Shown here: in pieces, positions 1-11,406 of the stretch
How positions within the stretch are numbered: position 1 is the first letter of the stretch
Layout of the letters: each line of letters begins with the position of its first letter
Assembly (NCBI GenBank): GCA_951406725.2
Contig: OX597817.1
Coordinates: 47,864,001 to 47,928,000 of the forward strand
Reading direction: 5' to 3'
From: Octopus vulgaris
Taxonomy: Eukaryota
DNA length: 64,000 nucleotides
The notes under the pieces: generated by a model
What the model was told of the DNA's origin: nothing
Seen by the model: the letters and a program-made list of their open reading frames with translations, nothing else
Database searches by the model: none
Translations under genes and position numbers: made by a program

Positions 1-134
1 TCGGCAAAAGAGACCGATAGAATAAGTACTGGGCTTACAAAGAATAAGTCCCGGGGTCGATTTGCTCGACTAAAGGCGGTGCTCCAGCATGGCCGCAGTC
101 AAATGACTGAAACAAGTAAAAAGAGTAAAGAGTA
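1..134 (+). mobile_element. 3' part of SINE family A
   Basis: Matches the 3' end (...ggcggtgctccagcatggccgcagtcaaatgactgaaacaagtaaaa) of the fuller copies at 41270-41652 and 49367-49733. Confidence 0.85.
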
Positions 135-192
135 CTCATTCAGCGGTGGTGCCCCAGCATGGCCGCGGCCTTCGAGCTAAAACATTTTTTAA

Positions 193-260
<68 letters not shown>

Positions 261-312
261 AATCGCTAGCTTCTGCACACATTTTTTTCTCTTCGTGTTT
301 CTTTTCTGTGTA

Positions 313-350
313 TCTTTCTGTTGAAGAGCGTAGGCTCGAAACGTAAAAGA
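313..350 (+). ncRNA. Minimal type-I hammerhead ribozyme-like motif with variant core, in a Penelope-like/retrozyme-like repeat
   Basis: TCTTT-CTGTTGA-A-GAGC(gtag)GCTC-GAAAC-GTA-AAAGA: 5-bp stem I, 4-bp stem II, palindromic ACGT in place of stem III. The core has T where canonical CUGANGA has A6. Confidence 0.55.
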
Positions 351-447
351 CTTGTTTTATTTATATTCCTGAGCGCCATACTAATACAATTGTTTGTTTG
401 TACTCCACCTGCCTTCGTCTTTTGTTTATTTTCATTAAGCTTCCCGT

Positions 448-531
<84 letters not shown>

Positions 532-736
532 TAAACCCCCCTTTTAGTAGAAGGAATAGCTATATCTCTTTGACTGCTATTTCTAAATTCGGTGTGTTGG
601 TGAGGCAATCCGTTGCTAAACCCTTAATTACTTAGTATTACTTAAATTTTCCTCGAATGGGGCTTTTACATACCGAAATCTACTTGGTGTAATTGATAAT
701 TATCCCTAATTAATTAATTTCACCCTTTTATTATTA

Positions 737-815
<79 letters not shown>

Positions 816-1311
816 ATTACAAATAAGAAAATGGAGAAACACATTAGTTGGTTTATCAGCTTTAGGATATTAGATTGTTGACTTATTTAATTATCAAAGC
901 TACAACCATAATAACATACATATATACAGTAAAAATTCAATACATTTAAGATAAGAATACAAATAGTTATTAAGAAAACATTAATATAAATTGTTTGAAT
1001 CATTTAATGATTGTAACAATTTTAGAGTTTTAGATTTTAGAGTTTGATGTTTTAAATGCCTTTAACATAAAGGAAAAAGAGGATTTAAACGGTCCACAGT
1101 CACTATAGTAAGGGAGGACCATGAATTTCAGTTTCCAGTAGTTTTGTGATTGTAAGGGTTGTAGAAAAACCGTTACGTTTTGTAAGAGGAAGACAAAACG
1201 CAGAATGAAATTATTCGGAGTGCCTTGCACTTTTAAAAAGCAGTCGTTGTGGGCTTTAGAATCCTTTTACTCCGCGTGATAAGCACGTGGGGCTTTACGA
1301 TCTCCTCCCTT

Positions 1312-1348
<37 letters not shown>

Positions 1349-1621
1349 TTATCTCTCTATCTGTCTATCTCAATCTATCAACTTTATCGCTGCCTATCTA
1401 CACAGACACATACACTGCATGCGAACACACATCTAGACAATGACAATTGGAAAATAACCAACACACGTTGGTTGTTTAGCCTGATCTTTTCCTTTTTTTT
1501 CTCCCCTTCCCATTTTCCGCTCTCCATTTTTTATTCTTAAGAAAACAATATTTTGAAAGGTCATATCAACTCTTTCTTCTCCGAGCGTCAACCTCAATAA
1601 TTTCAGCAGTCGTGAACTGAT

Positions 1622-1832
1622 ACTCTCTCTTTTACTTGTTTCAGTCATTTTGACTGGGGCCATGCTGGAGCACTGCCTTTAGTCGAGCAAATCGACCCCA
1701 GGACTTATTCTTTGGAAGCCTGGTACTTATTCTATCGATCTCTTTTGGCGAACCGCTAAGTTACGGGGACGTAAGCACACCACCATCGGTTGTCAAGCGA
1801 TGTTGAGGGGACGAACTCAGACACACAAACAT

Positions 1833-1907
<75 letters not shown>

Positions 1908-2078
1908 CATATATACGATGGGCTTCTTTCAGTTTCCGTCTACCAAATCCACTCACAAGGCTTTGGTCAGCCCGAAGCTATAGTTGAAGACACTTGCCCA
2001 AGGTGCCACGCAGTGGAATGAACGGGGAACCATGTGGTTGGTAAGCAAGCTACTTACCATACAACCACTCCTGCGCCT
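1622..2078 (-). mobile_element. SINE family A, full length (tRNA-like head, CORE-like segment, internal TA/CA microsatellite)
   Basis: Head aggcgcaggagtgg.tgt.tggtaag..ggttc; segment ggcaccttgggcaagtgtctt resembles the CORE domain. Other copies or parts at about 6080-6415, 12140-12362, 17393-17557, 22262-22470, 23205-23372, 35420-35620, 39975-40340, 41680-42130, 43070-43390, 48128-48670, 49000-49293, 49738-49893. Confidence 0.9.
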
Positions 2079-2133
2079 ATAATTTTTTTTTTTAATTTTG
2101 TTTTCGTTTCCTCTCCCTCTTTCGATACACATA

Positions 2134-2522
2134 AGGAAGGAAGCACTCCGTCGGTTACGACGACGAGGGTTCCGGTTGATCCGAATCAACGGAACAGCCT
2201 GCTCGTGAAATTAACATGTAAGTGGCTGAGCACTCCACAGACACGTGTACCCTTAACGTAGTTCTCGGGGATATTCAGCGTGACACAGAAAGTGACAATG
2301 CCGGCCCTTTGAAATACATGTACAACAGAAACAGGAAGTAAGAGTGATAGAAAGTTGTGGCGAAAGAGTACAGCAGGGATCGCCACCACCCCCTGCCGGA
2401 GCCTCGTGGAGCTTTAGGTGTTTTCGCTCAATAAACACTCACAACGCCCGGTCTGGGAATCGAAACCGCGATCCTATGACCGCGAGTCCGCTGCCCTAAC
2501 CACTGGGCCATTGCGCCTCCAC
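2134..2522 (-). mobile_element. SINE family C (tail type 1) with 14-bp TSD
   Basis: tRNA-like head gtggaggcgcaatggcccagtggttagggcagcggactc..ggtttcgattccc; TTTCGATACACATA repeated at 2120-2133 and 2525-2538; second copy about 47630-47940. Confidence 0.85.
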
Positions 2523-2541
2523 ATTTTCGATACACATATAC

Positions 2542-2868
2542 CAGGGCCGGATTAAGACCCATCGAGGCCCATAAGCACTTAAAAGATTTTGGTGCCCTAT
2601 GGAAGATTATGTAATTCAAAATATAAACAATAACAAACCATAAAATAAATTTTTATTTTTCTAAACGAAACAAAACAATAAGAGGGAAAATAATGTTTAT
2701 TTTTGTATATTCCCACTTTATTTATATTTGAAAAGTTTCCTCCTACTTTTTTGAATTGCAAAGTCCTTGATCAGATCCTCAAAATTAATTTTCATCTGCA
2801 TCTATACTAAGTAGAGATTTTATAGTCATAGATAAGAGCGTCCCGAATAATATTTTAGTAAGTTTAAA
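2542..2868 (-). mobile_element. hAT (Tip100-like) transposon 3' remnant with terminal repeat
   Basis: CAGGGCCGGATT terminus at 2542. Minus-strand peptides FKLTKNIIR and MKINFEDLIKDFAIQKSRRK resemble the hAT dimerisation-domain C-terminus. Confidence 0.6.
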
Positions 2869-2870
2869 GT

Positions 2871-3309
2871 GTAATGTTATGAATTGGCCCTGCCCCTCTG
2901 GCGAATCAGACATGTCATGTAATGTTATGGGTTTGTCTGCCCCTCTGGCTAATCTGACATGTCATGTAATGTTATGGGTTTGTCTGCCCCTCTGGCTAAT
3001 CTGACGTGTCATGTAATGTTATGGGTTTGTCTGCCCCTCTGGCGAATCTGACATGTCAGAGATTCGCCAGAGGGGCAGGGCAGACCCAATCCATAACATT
3101 ACATGACATGTTAGAGATTCGCCAGAGGGGCAGGGCAGGGCCAATTCATAACATTACATGACAGGTCAGATTCGCCAGAGGGGCAGACACAGCCCATAAC
3201 ATTACTTGACATGTCAGATTCGCCAGAGGGGTAGACCCAATCCATAACATTGCTTGACTTGTCAGATTCGCCAGAGGGGTTGGGTCCCTCTGGCAAATCT
3301 GTGGCCCTG
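2871..3309. repeat. ~47-bp minisatellite arranged as a palindrome (4 forward, then 4-5 inverted units)
   Basis: Unit gtaatgttatgggtttgtctgcccctctggcgaatctgacatgtcat at 2871, 2919, 2966, 3013, then reverse-complement units from about 3059; ends in GGCCCTG. Confidence 0.9.
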
Positions 3310-3329
3310 CCCCGGCAAAATTCCCTGAC

Positions 3330-4303
3330 ATGTCGTGTCTTTTTGGCATTGAACTGATGAGCTTTGTGGAATTTCTGCCCACTTTTCATGCAACAATCAA
3401 AAGAATTCACCTTTAGCTTTAGGTTTCTGTCGAGTTTTTCATATAGCTCTATCTCATATACTCCAAAGATTTTCAATTGGGTTCATGTCAAGAGATTGGC
3501 TGGGCCAAGTAAGCTTTTTCATCCCATTTTCAGTCAGCTGTTGTTGATTCCTTTTCGCTGTATGGCATGGAGCCCTATCTTCCATGAATAAAAACTCATT
3601 TTTCCTTATGTTATTATGTGAATACATCGGAAGTAGTCCTTGCTTAGGTATTTCGATGAATTTTTCAGAGTTTATGGTTCCAACACATTCAATCAGCTCA
3701 GAACCACCATTGCTGGTGACAGCTCCCCATACCATTACAGAGATACTGCCATGTTTCACAGTTGGTTGGAGTTGTTTCAAATCAAATTCTTGATTGGGAA
3801 GCCTCAAGACCCAAACACATCTACTGTCTGAAAATAATGCAAATCTCGGTTCATCTGAGAAAATCAATCTATCCTAAAATGAAAAAATGAACTGGATTTT
3901 TCTGGCATCTCCTCATTTCTTTCTTTTCATGATAATTGGTTGAAGGAGAGGTTTTCTTCTAGCGGCTCTTCCATAATATCCAAGCTTATGCAGATATGTA
4001 ACACACGTTCTTGGACTAACTTCTAGCTGTTTTGCAATATCAGAAGCCTTCAAACGGGGTTCGTTTTCCACAATTCTCTTCAAACAGTGAAGCTTCCTTT
4101 CTAAGGGCCCAGGTCAGCCGAGACGAGAATCTGTTGATTCTTTTCCTTGGCTTTTGAATTGCACTATAATTCTATTTACAGTAGCAAAAGGAATTTGAAG
4201 ATTTTTGGCAATTTTTCACTGGCAAAGACCAGCCTCAGATTGCCTAACAATATGACCTGTTTGAAAATCTGACAGTTCTGCTGAATTTTTTTGTGCATGG
4301 CAT
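3330..4303 (-). mobile_element. Degenerate Tc1-family (DD34E) transposase
   Basis: IFSDEPRF, TVKHG..SVMVWG, FMEDRAPCH and WPSQSLDMNPIENLW motifs; N-terminal HTH region and YYGRAARRKPLL present; frameshifts and stops. Confidence 0.92.
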
Positions 4304-4540
4304 GGTTTCTTTTTGCAAATGTTTAATATAATGGCCCCTGGAATGAAAAAGAATAATTACATTGTATGTTTGTCTGTCTGAGTTTGTCCCCCACCATCGA
4401 TTAACAACTGATGTTGGTGTGTTTATGTTTTCCGTACATTAGCGGTTCAGCAAGGGAGACTGATGGAATGAGTACTAGGCTTACAAGGAATAAGTCCTGG
4501 GGTTGATTTGTAAAAGAATAAAAGAACATATATACACAAG

Positions 4541-4730
4541 AGGTTCCTGAAAGGTGTGGTTGGAGTCCCAACCTTCGGAGTTCTTTTGCAGGGATTGGAA
4601 GAACTGAAGGGCCACTGCAGTAAGCATGCGAGTCTGGGAATGGAATATGCTGAATAAAATCGTAAGTAACTGATCCACCTGTGTTTCCTTCTGCCCAAAG
4701 CCAGGAACTTTTCAGTCCCCCCCCCTCGTA
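4541..4730 (+). mobile_element. mariner 3' end remnant with right TIR
   Basis: Peptide QGLEELKGHCSKHASLGMEYAE* resembles the mariner C-terminus (GI..L..RW.KC...G.Y.E*), followed by aacttttcagtcccccccctcgTA. Confidence 0.6.
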
Positions 4731-4814
4731 TATATGTATATATATATATACGTTTATATATATATATGTATGTGCAAGATATATATATATATGTGAAGTC
4801 GTGTGTTGAAACAG

Positions 4815-5025
4815 ATATTGTTGTATTTAGGAATGGTCATTTTGCCAGTTTAGCCAATAAAAACACACGCACTATATATATATGTGACGAAAGAACTCTG
4901 GCCGAAATAAGATTAAGATTAATGTAAAAAATAAATAACACTGAAGCAAAGTAACACCAAATATATAGTGCGTGTGTTTTTATTGGCTAAACTGGCAAAA
5001 TGACCATTCCTAAATACAACAATAT
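4815..5025. repeat. Perfect ~65-bp inverted repeat (MITE-like) between TA runs
   Basis: 4815-4880 is the reverse complement of 4961-5025; related gagagtcatttt-containing sequence at about 8840, 10195 and 61470. Confidence 0.8.
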
Positions 5026-5132
5026 ATATATATATATATATAATTTCAACAATTGAGGGTAAAATTAATTAATTATTAATCAATTTCACCAAGTATTCAG
5101 TATGTAAAGGGACCATTTAAGGCGAATTCAAA

Positions 5133-5397
<265 letters not shown>

Positions 5398-5508
5398 TAG
5401 GTTGTCCGGAAAGTTTGTGCCGATTTATAGTAGCTTACCTTTCGTCTTATTTTAGAACATGGTTGAGTCCATAAAATAGGATTTGACTACACCTCCATTT
5501 AGAGCACT
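5398..5508 (+). mobile_element. mariner left-end fragment
   Basis: taggttgtccggaaagtttgtgccgattta is the reverse complement of the end of the mariner derivative at 52120-52620. Confidence 0.75.
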
Positions 5509-7720
5509 ATACACAGATACATGTAAACACTCACGTAGTTTTCCTTACTGTCATTACATCAAATAAACTTGACCTGTCTTCTGAACTTAATATTAAAATA
5601 GAAAATTTTATGCAACAAACACAGTAATTAAGTTTTACTTTAAAATATTAAATGGTCAATTAAATTGCTAATTCAGATGAGAACAGTCAATGGACTCTGT
5701 ATGCTGACTGACAGCAAAATTTTCTTAACTTAGTCACTTTTCAGCATCCAGCTAACAACCAGGTTTCTAAGAACTAGGTCCAATTCACTATAGCTTGAGT
5801 GTATGCCACTCAGGGTGGCCCTTCCATTTGCCGCACCTGGACCCCACAAAAAAAACATATATTCATTTCTACTATTGGCACAAGGCCTGAAATTTTTGGA
5901 GAGAGGGCTGGTCGGTTAGATCAACCCCAGTACACAACTGGTACTTAATTTATTGACCCTGAAAGGATGAAAGGCAGAGTTGACCTTGGTGGAATTTGAA
6001 CTCAGAACGTAAAGACAGAAAAAAGAGACCACTAAACATTTCGCCCAGTGTGCCAACGTTTCAGCCAGCTTGCCGCCTTTTTTTATTTACTCGTTTCAGT
6101 CATTTGACTGAGGCTATGCTGGAGCACCACCTTTAGTCGAACAAATCAAACACAGGACTTATTCTGTGTAAGCCTAGTACTTATTCTATCGGATCTCTCT
6201 TGCCGAACCGCTAAGTTATGGGAACATAAACACACCAACACACACACATATATACATACGATGGGCTTCTTTCAGTTTCCATCTACCAAATCCACTCACA
6301 AGGCTTTGGTTGGCCCGAGGCTATAGTAGAAGACACTTGCCCAAGGTGCCATGCAGTGGGACTGAACCCAGAACCATGTGGTTGGGAAGCAAGCTTTTTA
6401 CCACACAGCCACTCTACCTACAGCAATAGTCTACAGCAGGATGAAAAGTGCCACCCACGCGGACTGCCCCCACCCCACCCCCACCAGCTACGCTAGTGAC
6501 TGTAGGTTACTTTCCTTTACATTCTTCAAAGGTTCAAGACATAAATGTTGATATCAATGGAGATGACTAAACCTTAGTTCTATAGCATGACAACAGTTCA
6601 ACAAATAAAAATCAATAAAAATCAATAAAATAATAAAAAGACATTGATCTATTTAATCCTTTCATTACCACATTTCAAATGAAATTGCCTTTGGTTGAAT
6701 TAATTTTGAAAATCTGTTTACTTTTATGCCTTAAACTTGTTTCAGTTCCTGGATTGTGGCGTTGCATTGAAGAGTTTTTATCGAGTAACATGCACAGTAT
6801 TTGCATTTTTAAGAAAAAATCTGGCATTTATTCATTTCCTGTCTTTTGCCAAACCAATAAATTGGAACCGTCCAACCCATGCCAGCATGGAAAGTGGACA
6901 TTAAACGATGATGATGATGGTGATGATCCAAACTCCAGTTTATTCACAGCAAAGCTATTTAACTAAATTCTTCATTATTTTAGAAATTAATTGAAGCAGA
7001 ATCAGTGTATTTGAACAGAAATATAATAAAAAAAAAGTGGGGGTTAATTGTGTATCTGTTCTGTATACTTGGCGTCACTACCATTATTATTGATAGTCTG
7101 TTCTTGATGTTTGGCATTGGATGTATAAAGAATATTTTTCTTTTTATGCAGGAACCAATATATTTGATTCCAATAAGGAAAATCCAGGCATTCATTTAGA
7201 CATGCATTGGAAACAAAGCTGTTGGAATGGAAGAACTATAAGCAGCCATTTTAGCCAGAATTACAAGAATTTTTCCTTAGCACAATTAGAAATGGCTCAT
7301 GTTGCTAAGGAAATATTACAGAAAAAGAAAGAGTAAATTGAATTTATTAAAAGAAAAATGTCCAAGAAGTTATTTCCACAAGTAAACAACAATGTAGTGA
7401 AGTTAGTTTCAATATAAAATTGGATTGGAAATTAATTTTTGAAGTTTCCTTGTATATAATTATATTGTAGCAAATTAATGGATTAAAAACCCACAAAAGG
7501 CTGAGAGAGAAATTGCTTTATTTTGTTCTAAGTTTCTAATAAACAAAGAATGTGAATTATTGGTTATCAAAATAGATTAGCTTATAAAGAAACAATATTA
7601 TTGACATTGTAAAATACTAACAGGAGAAAATGGAGTTCTATATTTAAGAGATGAGGGATTATGTACATTATTTACGTTATTTACATTCGACGAATATTTA
7701 TCCTCATCTTGTTTGTTGTT

Positions 7721-7766
7721 AACACAACGTTTCAGCTGATATACTCTCCAGCCTTCTTCAGGTGCC
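7721..7766 (-). ncRNA. Minimal type-I hammerhead ribozyme motif
   Basis: GGCAC-CTGAAGA-A-GGCTG(gagagtatat)CAGCT-GAAAC-GTT-GTGTT: canonical core, stem I with G-U pairs, 5-bp stem II, palindromic AACGTT. Confidence 0.65.
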
Positions 7767-7784
7767 TTGGGGAAATTTCACATT

Positions 7785-8014
7785 TGAGAAAAATCCATTT
7801 CTTGTGTGTTCTTGCTGTCAGAGAAAAACCATTGTTCCACTGTGGGAAAAGTTCTGTTGCAGTGTTAATTTAAATTTGGCTATGGTGGATCGAATCTACT
7901 TCATGCATGCAAGATCCACTACATACCTGTCATGACTACCTGTCGGATAACGGTATGCGAGGCACAATGCATTACAACCATATAGGCACGAAACGGTGAT
8001 GCAAGGCTGATATC
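7785..8014 (-). pseudogene. Decayed Cys-rich exon, paralogous to 20055-20430
   Basis: YQPCITVSCLYGCNALC... then frameshift to SGSCMHEVDSIHHSQI*INTATELFPQWNNG. 7813-7922 aligns at roughly 80% with 20128-20243 in inverted orientation. Confidence 0.45.
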
Positions 8015-8130
8015 CTTTCAGCGGTTGACAAAAAATGTACCAGTTGAGCACTGAGGTCGATGAAATCCACTAGCCCCCTTCCCCGAAAAATGTTCAAGGT
8101 CTTGTGCCTAGAGTTGAAATAATAATAATG

Positions 8131-8186
<56 letters not shown>

Positions 8187-8417
8187 GGCGGCAATCTGGC
8201 AGAATCGTTAGCACGGTATTTCGTCCGGCTATACATTCTGAGTTGACTTTGCCTTTCATCCTTTCAGGATCGATAAAATAAGTACCAGCGAAACACTGGG
8301 TCGATGAGAGAGAGAAGACGTGAAAAGTTTAACATCGTGGACAGAATTCAAACGCCATGGCTGTTGTAAACCGCACAGCTGTGCTAATCAATATTAACAG
8401 AGAGGGAGAGAGGCAGG

Positions 8418-8506
<89 letters not shown>

Positions 8507-8518
8507 TTCGATACCTAC

Positions 8519-8618
8519 CACATGCCGATATCACTGCTGCAACGAAAAATAAACCCATCCTACTGATTAAAGGAAGGAGATTTTCTGAGAATAGCGATCC
8601 AATAACCGCCGTCATGGC
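8519..8618 (-). pseudogene. Candidate signal-peptide-like exon of the same decayed gene
   Basis: Acceptor tctattttccAG, donor G|GTAGGT, open frame AMTAVIGSLFSENLLPLISRMGLFFVAAVISAC; its phase 1 end matches the 8014 exon. Confidence 0.35.
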
Positions 8619-9159
8619 CTGGAAAATAGATTTGCAGGAAAACAAAACGGTAGATGAGAATGGACACCAAAAAAGATTTTTTTAAATAAATAAATAATTA
8701 CAAGGGAAGAACCTCAGGAAGAGTTGCTTCCCTTGAAGATATTAAGGGAAGCAACTCAAAACATGTTTGAATTTGGTTTGCATAATTCTTGATAAGAATA
8801 CATGTTGAAAATAAATTTTGGTCAAACTAAAATTTTGTATCGTAGGAGAGTCATTTTGCCAATAACACACGCACAGATCCAGTTCCATTTCTCTGTATTT
8901 GTTGGTCAATTGATTGAATATTCAATGTTTTTTAATGTGTTGGATTGCGAACAACGATGAAAAAACAACTGATTGATTGTAGTTATACACACACACACTC
9001 ACATATACACGCACGCACGCACACACACATACACGCACGCACACACACACACACACACACACATAGTAGAAGTAAGAACCCGAACCCTTCGAAGGGATGT
9101 TTAGCATCCAAGTTGCTGAGGAAAAGCCTAATTTGTGGTTTCAAAAGGATTATATTTTC

Positions 9160-10020
9160 CTCAAAGTTACGAGGGAAAACCTCGGATCTTGTGATTCTTG
9201 TGAATTTTCCGTTGCTTTCCGCGCAATTTTGTTTTCAGATTCGTTCCCTACGTGGGTGTGAAGTAGAAACATATCGATTTTCCTCAAAGTTACGAAGGAA
9301 AAATCATCGGATCTTGTGAATTTTCCGAAGTCCTCTCCCCACCCTCTCGGAAAATATTTTTCCCACAAATTTCTTTACAGTCGTAATCTATACCGTTTGA
9401 AGGGTTTTCATACAGAATTTCATTTTAAAAAAACTCGTTTTCCTAAAAGTTATGATAGAAAAACATCGGATCTTGTGAATTTTCCGAAGGCCTCTCCCCA
9501 CCCTCTCAGAAAATATTTTCCCCACAAATTTCTTTATAATCGTAATCTATCCCGTTTGAAAGGCATTTATATAAAATTTCATTAAAAAAAGCCCATTTTC
9601 CTAAAAGTTACGAGGGAAAAACATCGGATCTTGTGAATTTTCCGAAGTCCTCTCCCCACTCCCTCGGAAAAGATGTTCCCAATAAATTTCTTTATAATCG
9701 TAATCTATACCGTTTGAAAGGTATTTATATAAAATTTAATTAAAAACCCGGATCTTTTCGCTTTGACCGGCAGATTTTTGAAATAATTTCTTTATAACTA
9801 AACACTTTTAAACTTCGTATACTGGTAGAAAGATGTTTTATAAACACATTCTACCAGTATACAAAGTTTAAAATTTTTTGGTTACAAAGAAATTATTTTA
9901 AAAATCTGCCGGTCAAAGCGAAAAGATCCAAAAACTTCCATTTTCCTAAAAGTTATGAGGGAAAACCATCGGATCTTGTGAATTTTCCGAAGGCCTCTCC
10001 CCACTTCCGTTGCTTTCTAG
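9160..10020. repeat. ~158-bp satellite-like tandem repeat (about 5 units) interrupted by a MITE
   Basis: aaaacatcggatcttgtgaattttccgaag.cctctcccca recurs at about 9176, 9299, 9459, 9617, 9961. Confidence 0.9.
9750..9929. mobile_element. Fully palindromic MITE (GGATCTTTTCG termini)
   Basis: Arms of about 85 bp; flanks AAAAACCC and AAAAACTT suggest a decayed 8-bp TSD; both arms match the left end of 28783-29190. Confidence 0.85.
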
Positions 10021-10608
10021 ACATATTTGTTTCCAACATTAGTTTCCTACACTTCTTTTTAAACACCCGTTGCACTATTTTATATTTTTCGATTTCGTTT
10101 CTGGCTAATAAAGTCAACATTAAGCTAAAGACTCCGTTTGTCTCATAGCCTAGGATTTATTATAAGACACGAGTCATGTGTAAATATTCTGTTGTGTCTG
10201 GGGAGAGTCATTTTCTTTTTCGCACTCACCGGTAAAATTTCCACTTTTTTTCTTATTTTTATTGTCCTAAAATTGAATATGCTTCAACACACGAACTCAT
10301 ATAAAGAAAGAATCTTGCAAACCAAATCCAAAAACGAAATATGTGTAAATATTCATATGAAAATAGTTCTGAGATCCAGCAACGGAATTGCCATTACGAC
10401 CGTTATATTTAACACATCAACGAAAAGAAGAGGAGTATTGACGGAAAATTGATAATACAGTGAAATATAACTATTTAAAATGAAATAAAATAAGGTGTAA
10501 AAGCATATTTCAATATAAGCTTCATAAAAAAATTAGTACGAAATACAGTGGCACGAATTTTGTGAATGTTTAGTTTAAATATTAATATTTGAACGCTGGA
10601 TTCAGCGA

Positions 10609-10682
10609 GGCCGGTTAGCTCAGTTGGTTAGAGCGTCGTGCTAATAACGCGAATGTCGTGGGTTCGAGCCCCATACTGGCCA
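10609..10682 (+). tRNA. tRNA-Ile-AAT: tRNA-Ile (anticodon AAT)
   Basis: 74-nt cloverleaf: acceptor GGCCGGT/ACTGGCC+A, anticodon arm TCGTG-CTAATAA-CGCGA, T arm GTGGG-TTCGAGC-CCCAT; A and B boxes intact; oligo-T Pol III terminator just downstream. Confidence 0.96.
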
Positions 10683-11164
10683 ATGCGTTTATTTTTTTTT
10701 TCTTTTTCTTTTGCATTTTTCTTCGTACGATTTGCAGATGTATATCTTACGTCATTCTAAGAAAATGTATAATCTATTTAAAGCGTCCCTGAAATTTGAC
10801 TGATATTTATTTTATCTATAACAAAAGTTTGAAGGCAGGAGGAATGTAACCAGTTGCCGCGAAACCTGTTGTGAAATTTTTCTCTTTTGTTTTTAATGAG
10901 AACCGGTTAAAAATTGGACCCCAAACTGAAACCAACCTATATAATAGGCTGTCAAGAAGTCAACACGTCACAGAATTTTACTATACAAACAAGTCGTCTT
11001 TTAAAAATATTCTCCAATCAAAGTTTATCGTTGTATTTGCCTCGTAAAAATTCTCATCAGTTCGAAAGATAGACAGAACATATTTGTAGTGTTGAGAGAC
11101 AAGGAAATTTATATTATGACTGCTTGTCTCAGTTTTCTCTTTTCTCTTCGTACAATTCTGAACC

Positions 11165-11282
<118 letters not shown>

Positions 11283-11368
11283 ACGTTTATGTAGATTGTT
11301 TGAAGTGGTGTACAGGTTATATATATATTTAAGGATGAAAGGCATCATCATCATCATTATCATTGTTG

Positions 11369-11406
<38 letters not shown>

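Noticed and set aside
146-635. ORFs with YIYIYI, THTH, CVCV, LSLS or RERE runs, here and throughout
   Set aside because: Translations of microsatellites.
7121-7336. Plus-strand ORF with a good acceptor (ttttatgcAG at 7151), a stop and a downstream AATAAA, resembling a terminal exon
   Set aside because: No recognisable protein and no upstream partner exons. The minus strand of the same DNA resembles the decayed Cys-rich module, so the ORF is probably antisense chance. Not fully excluded.
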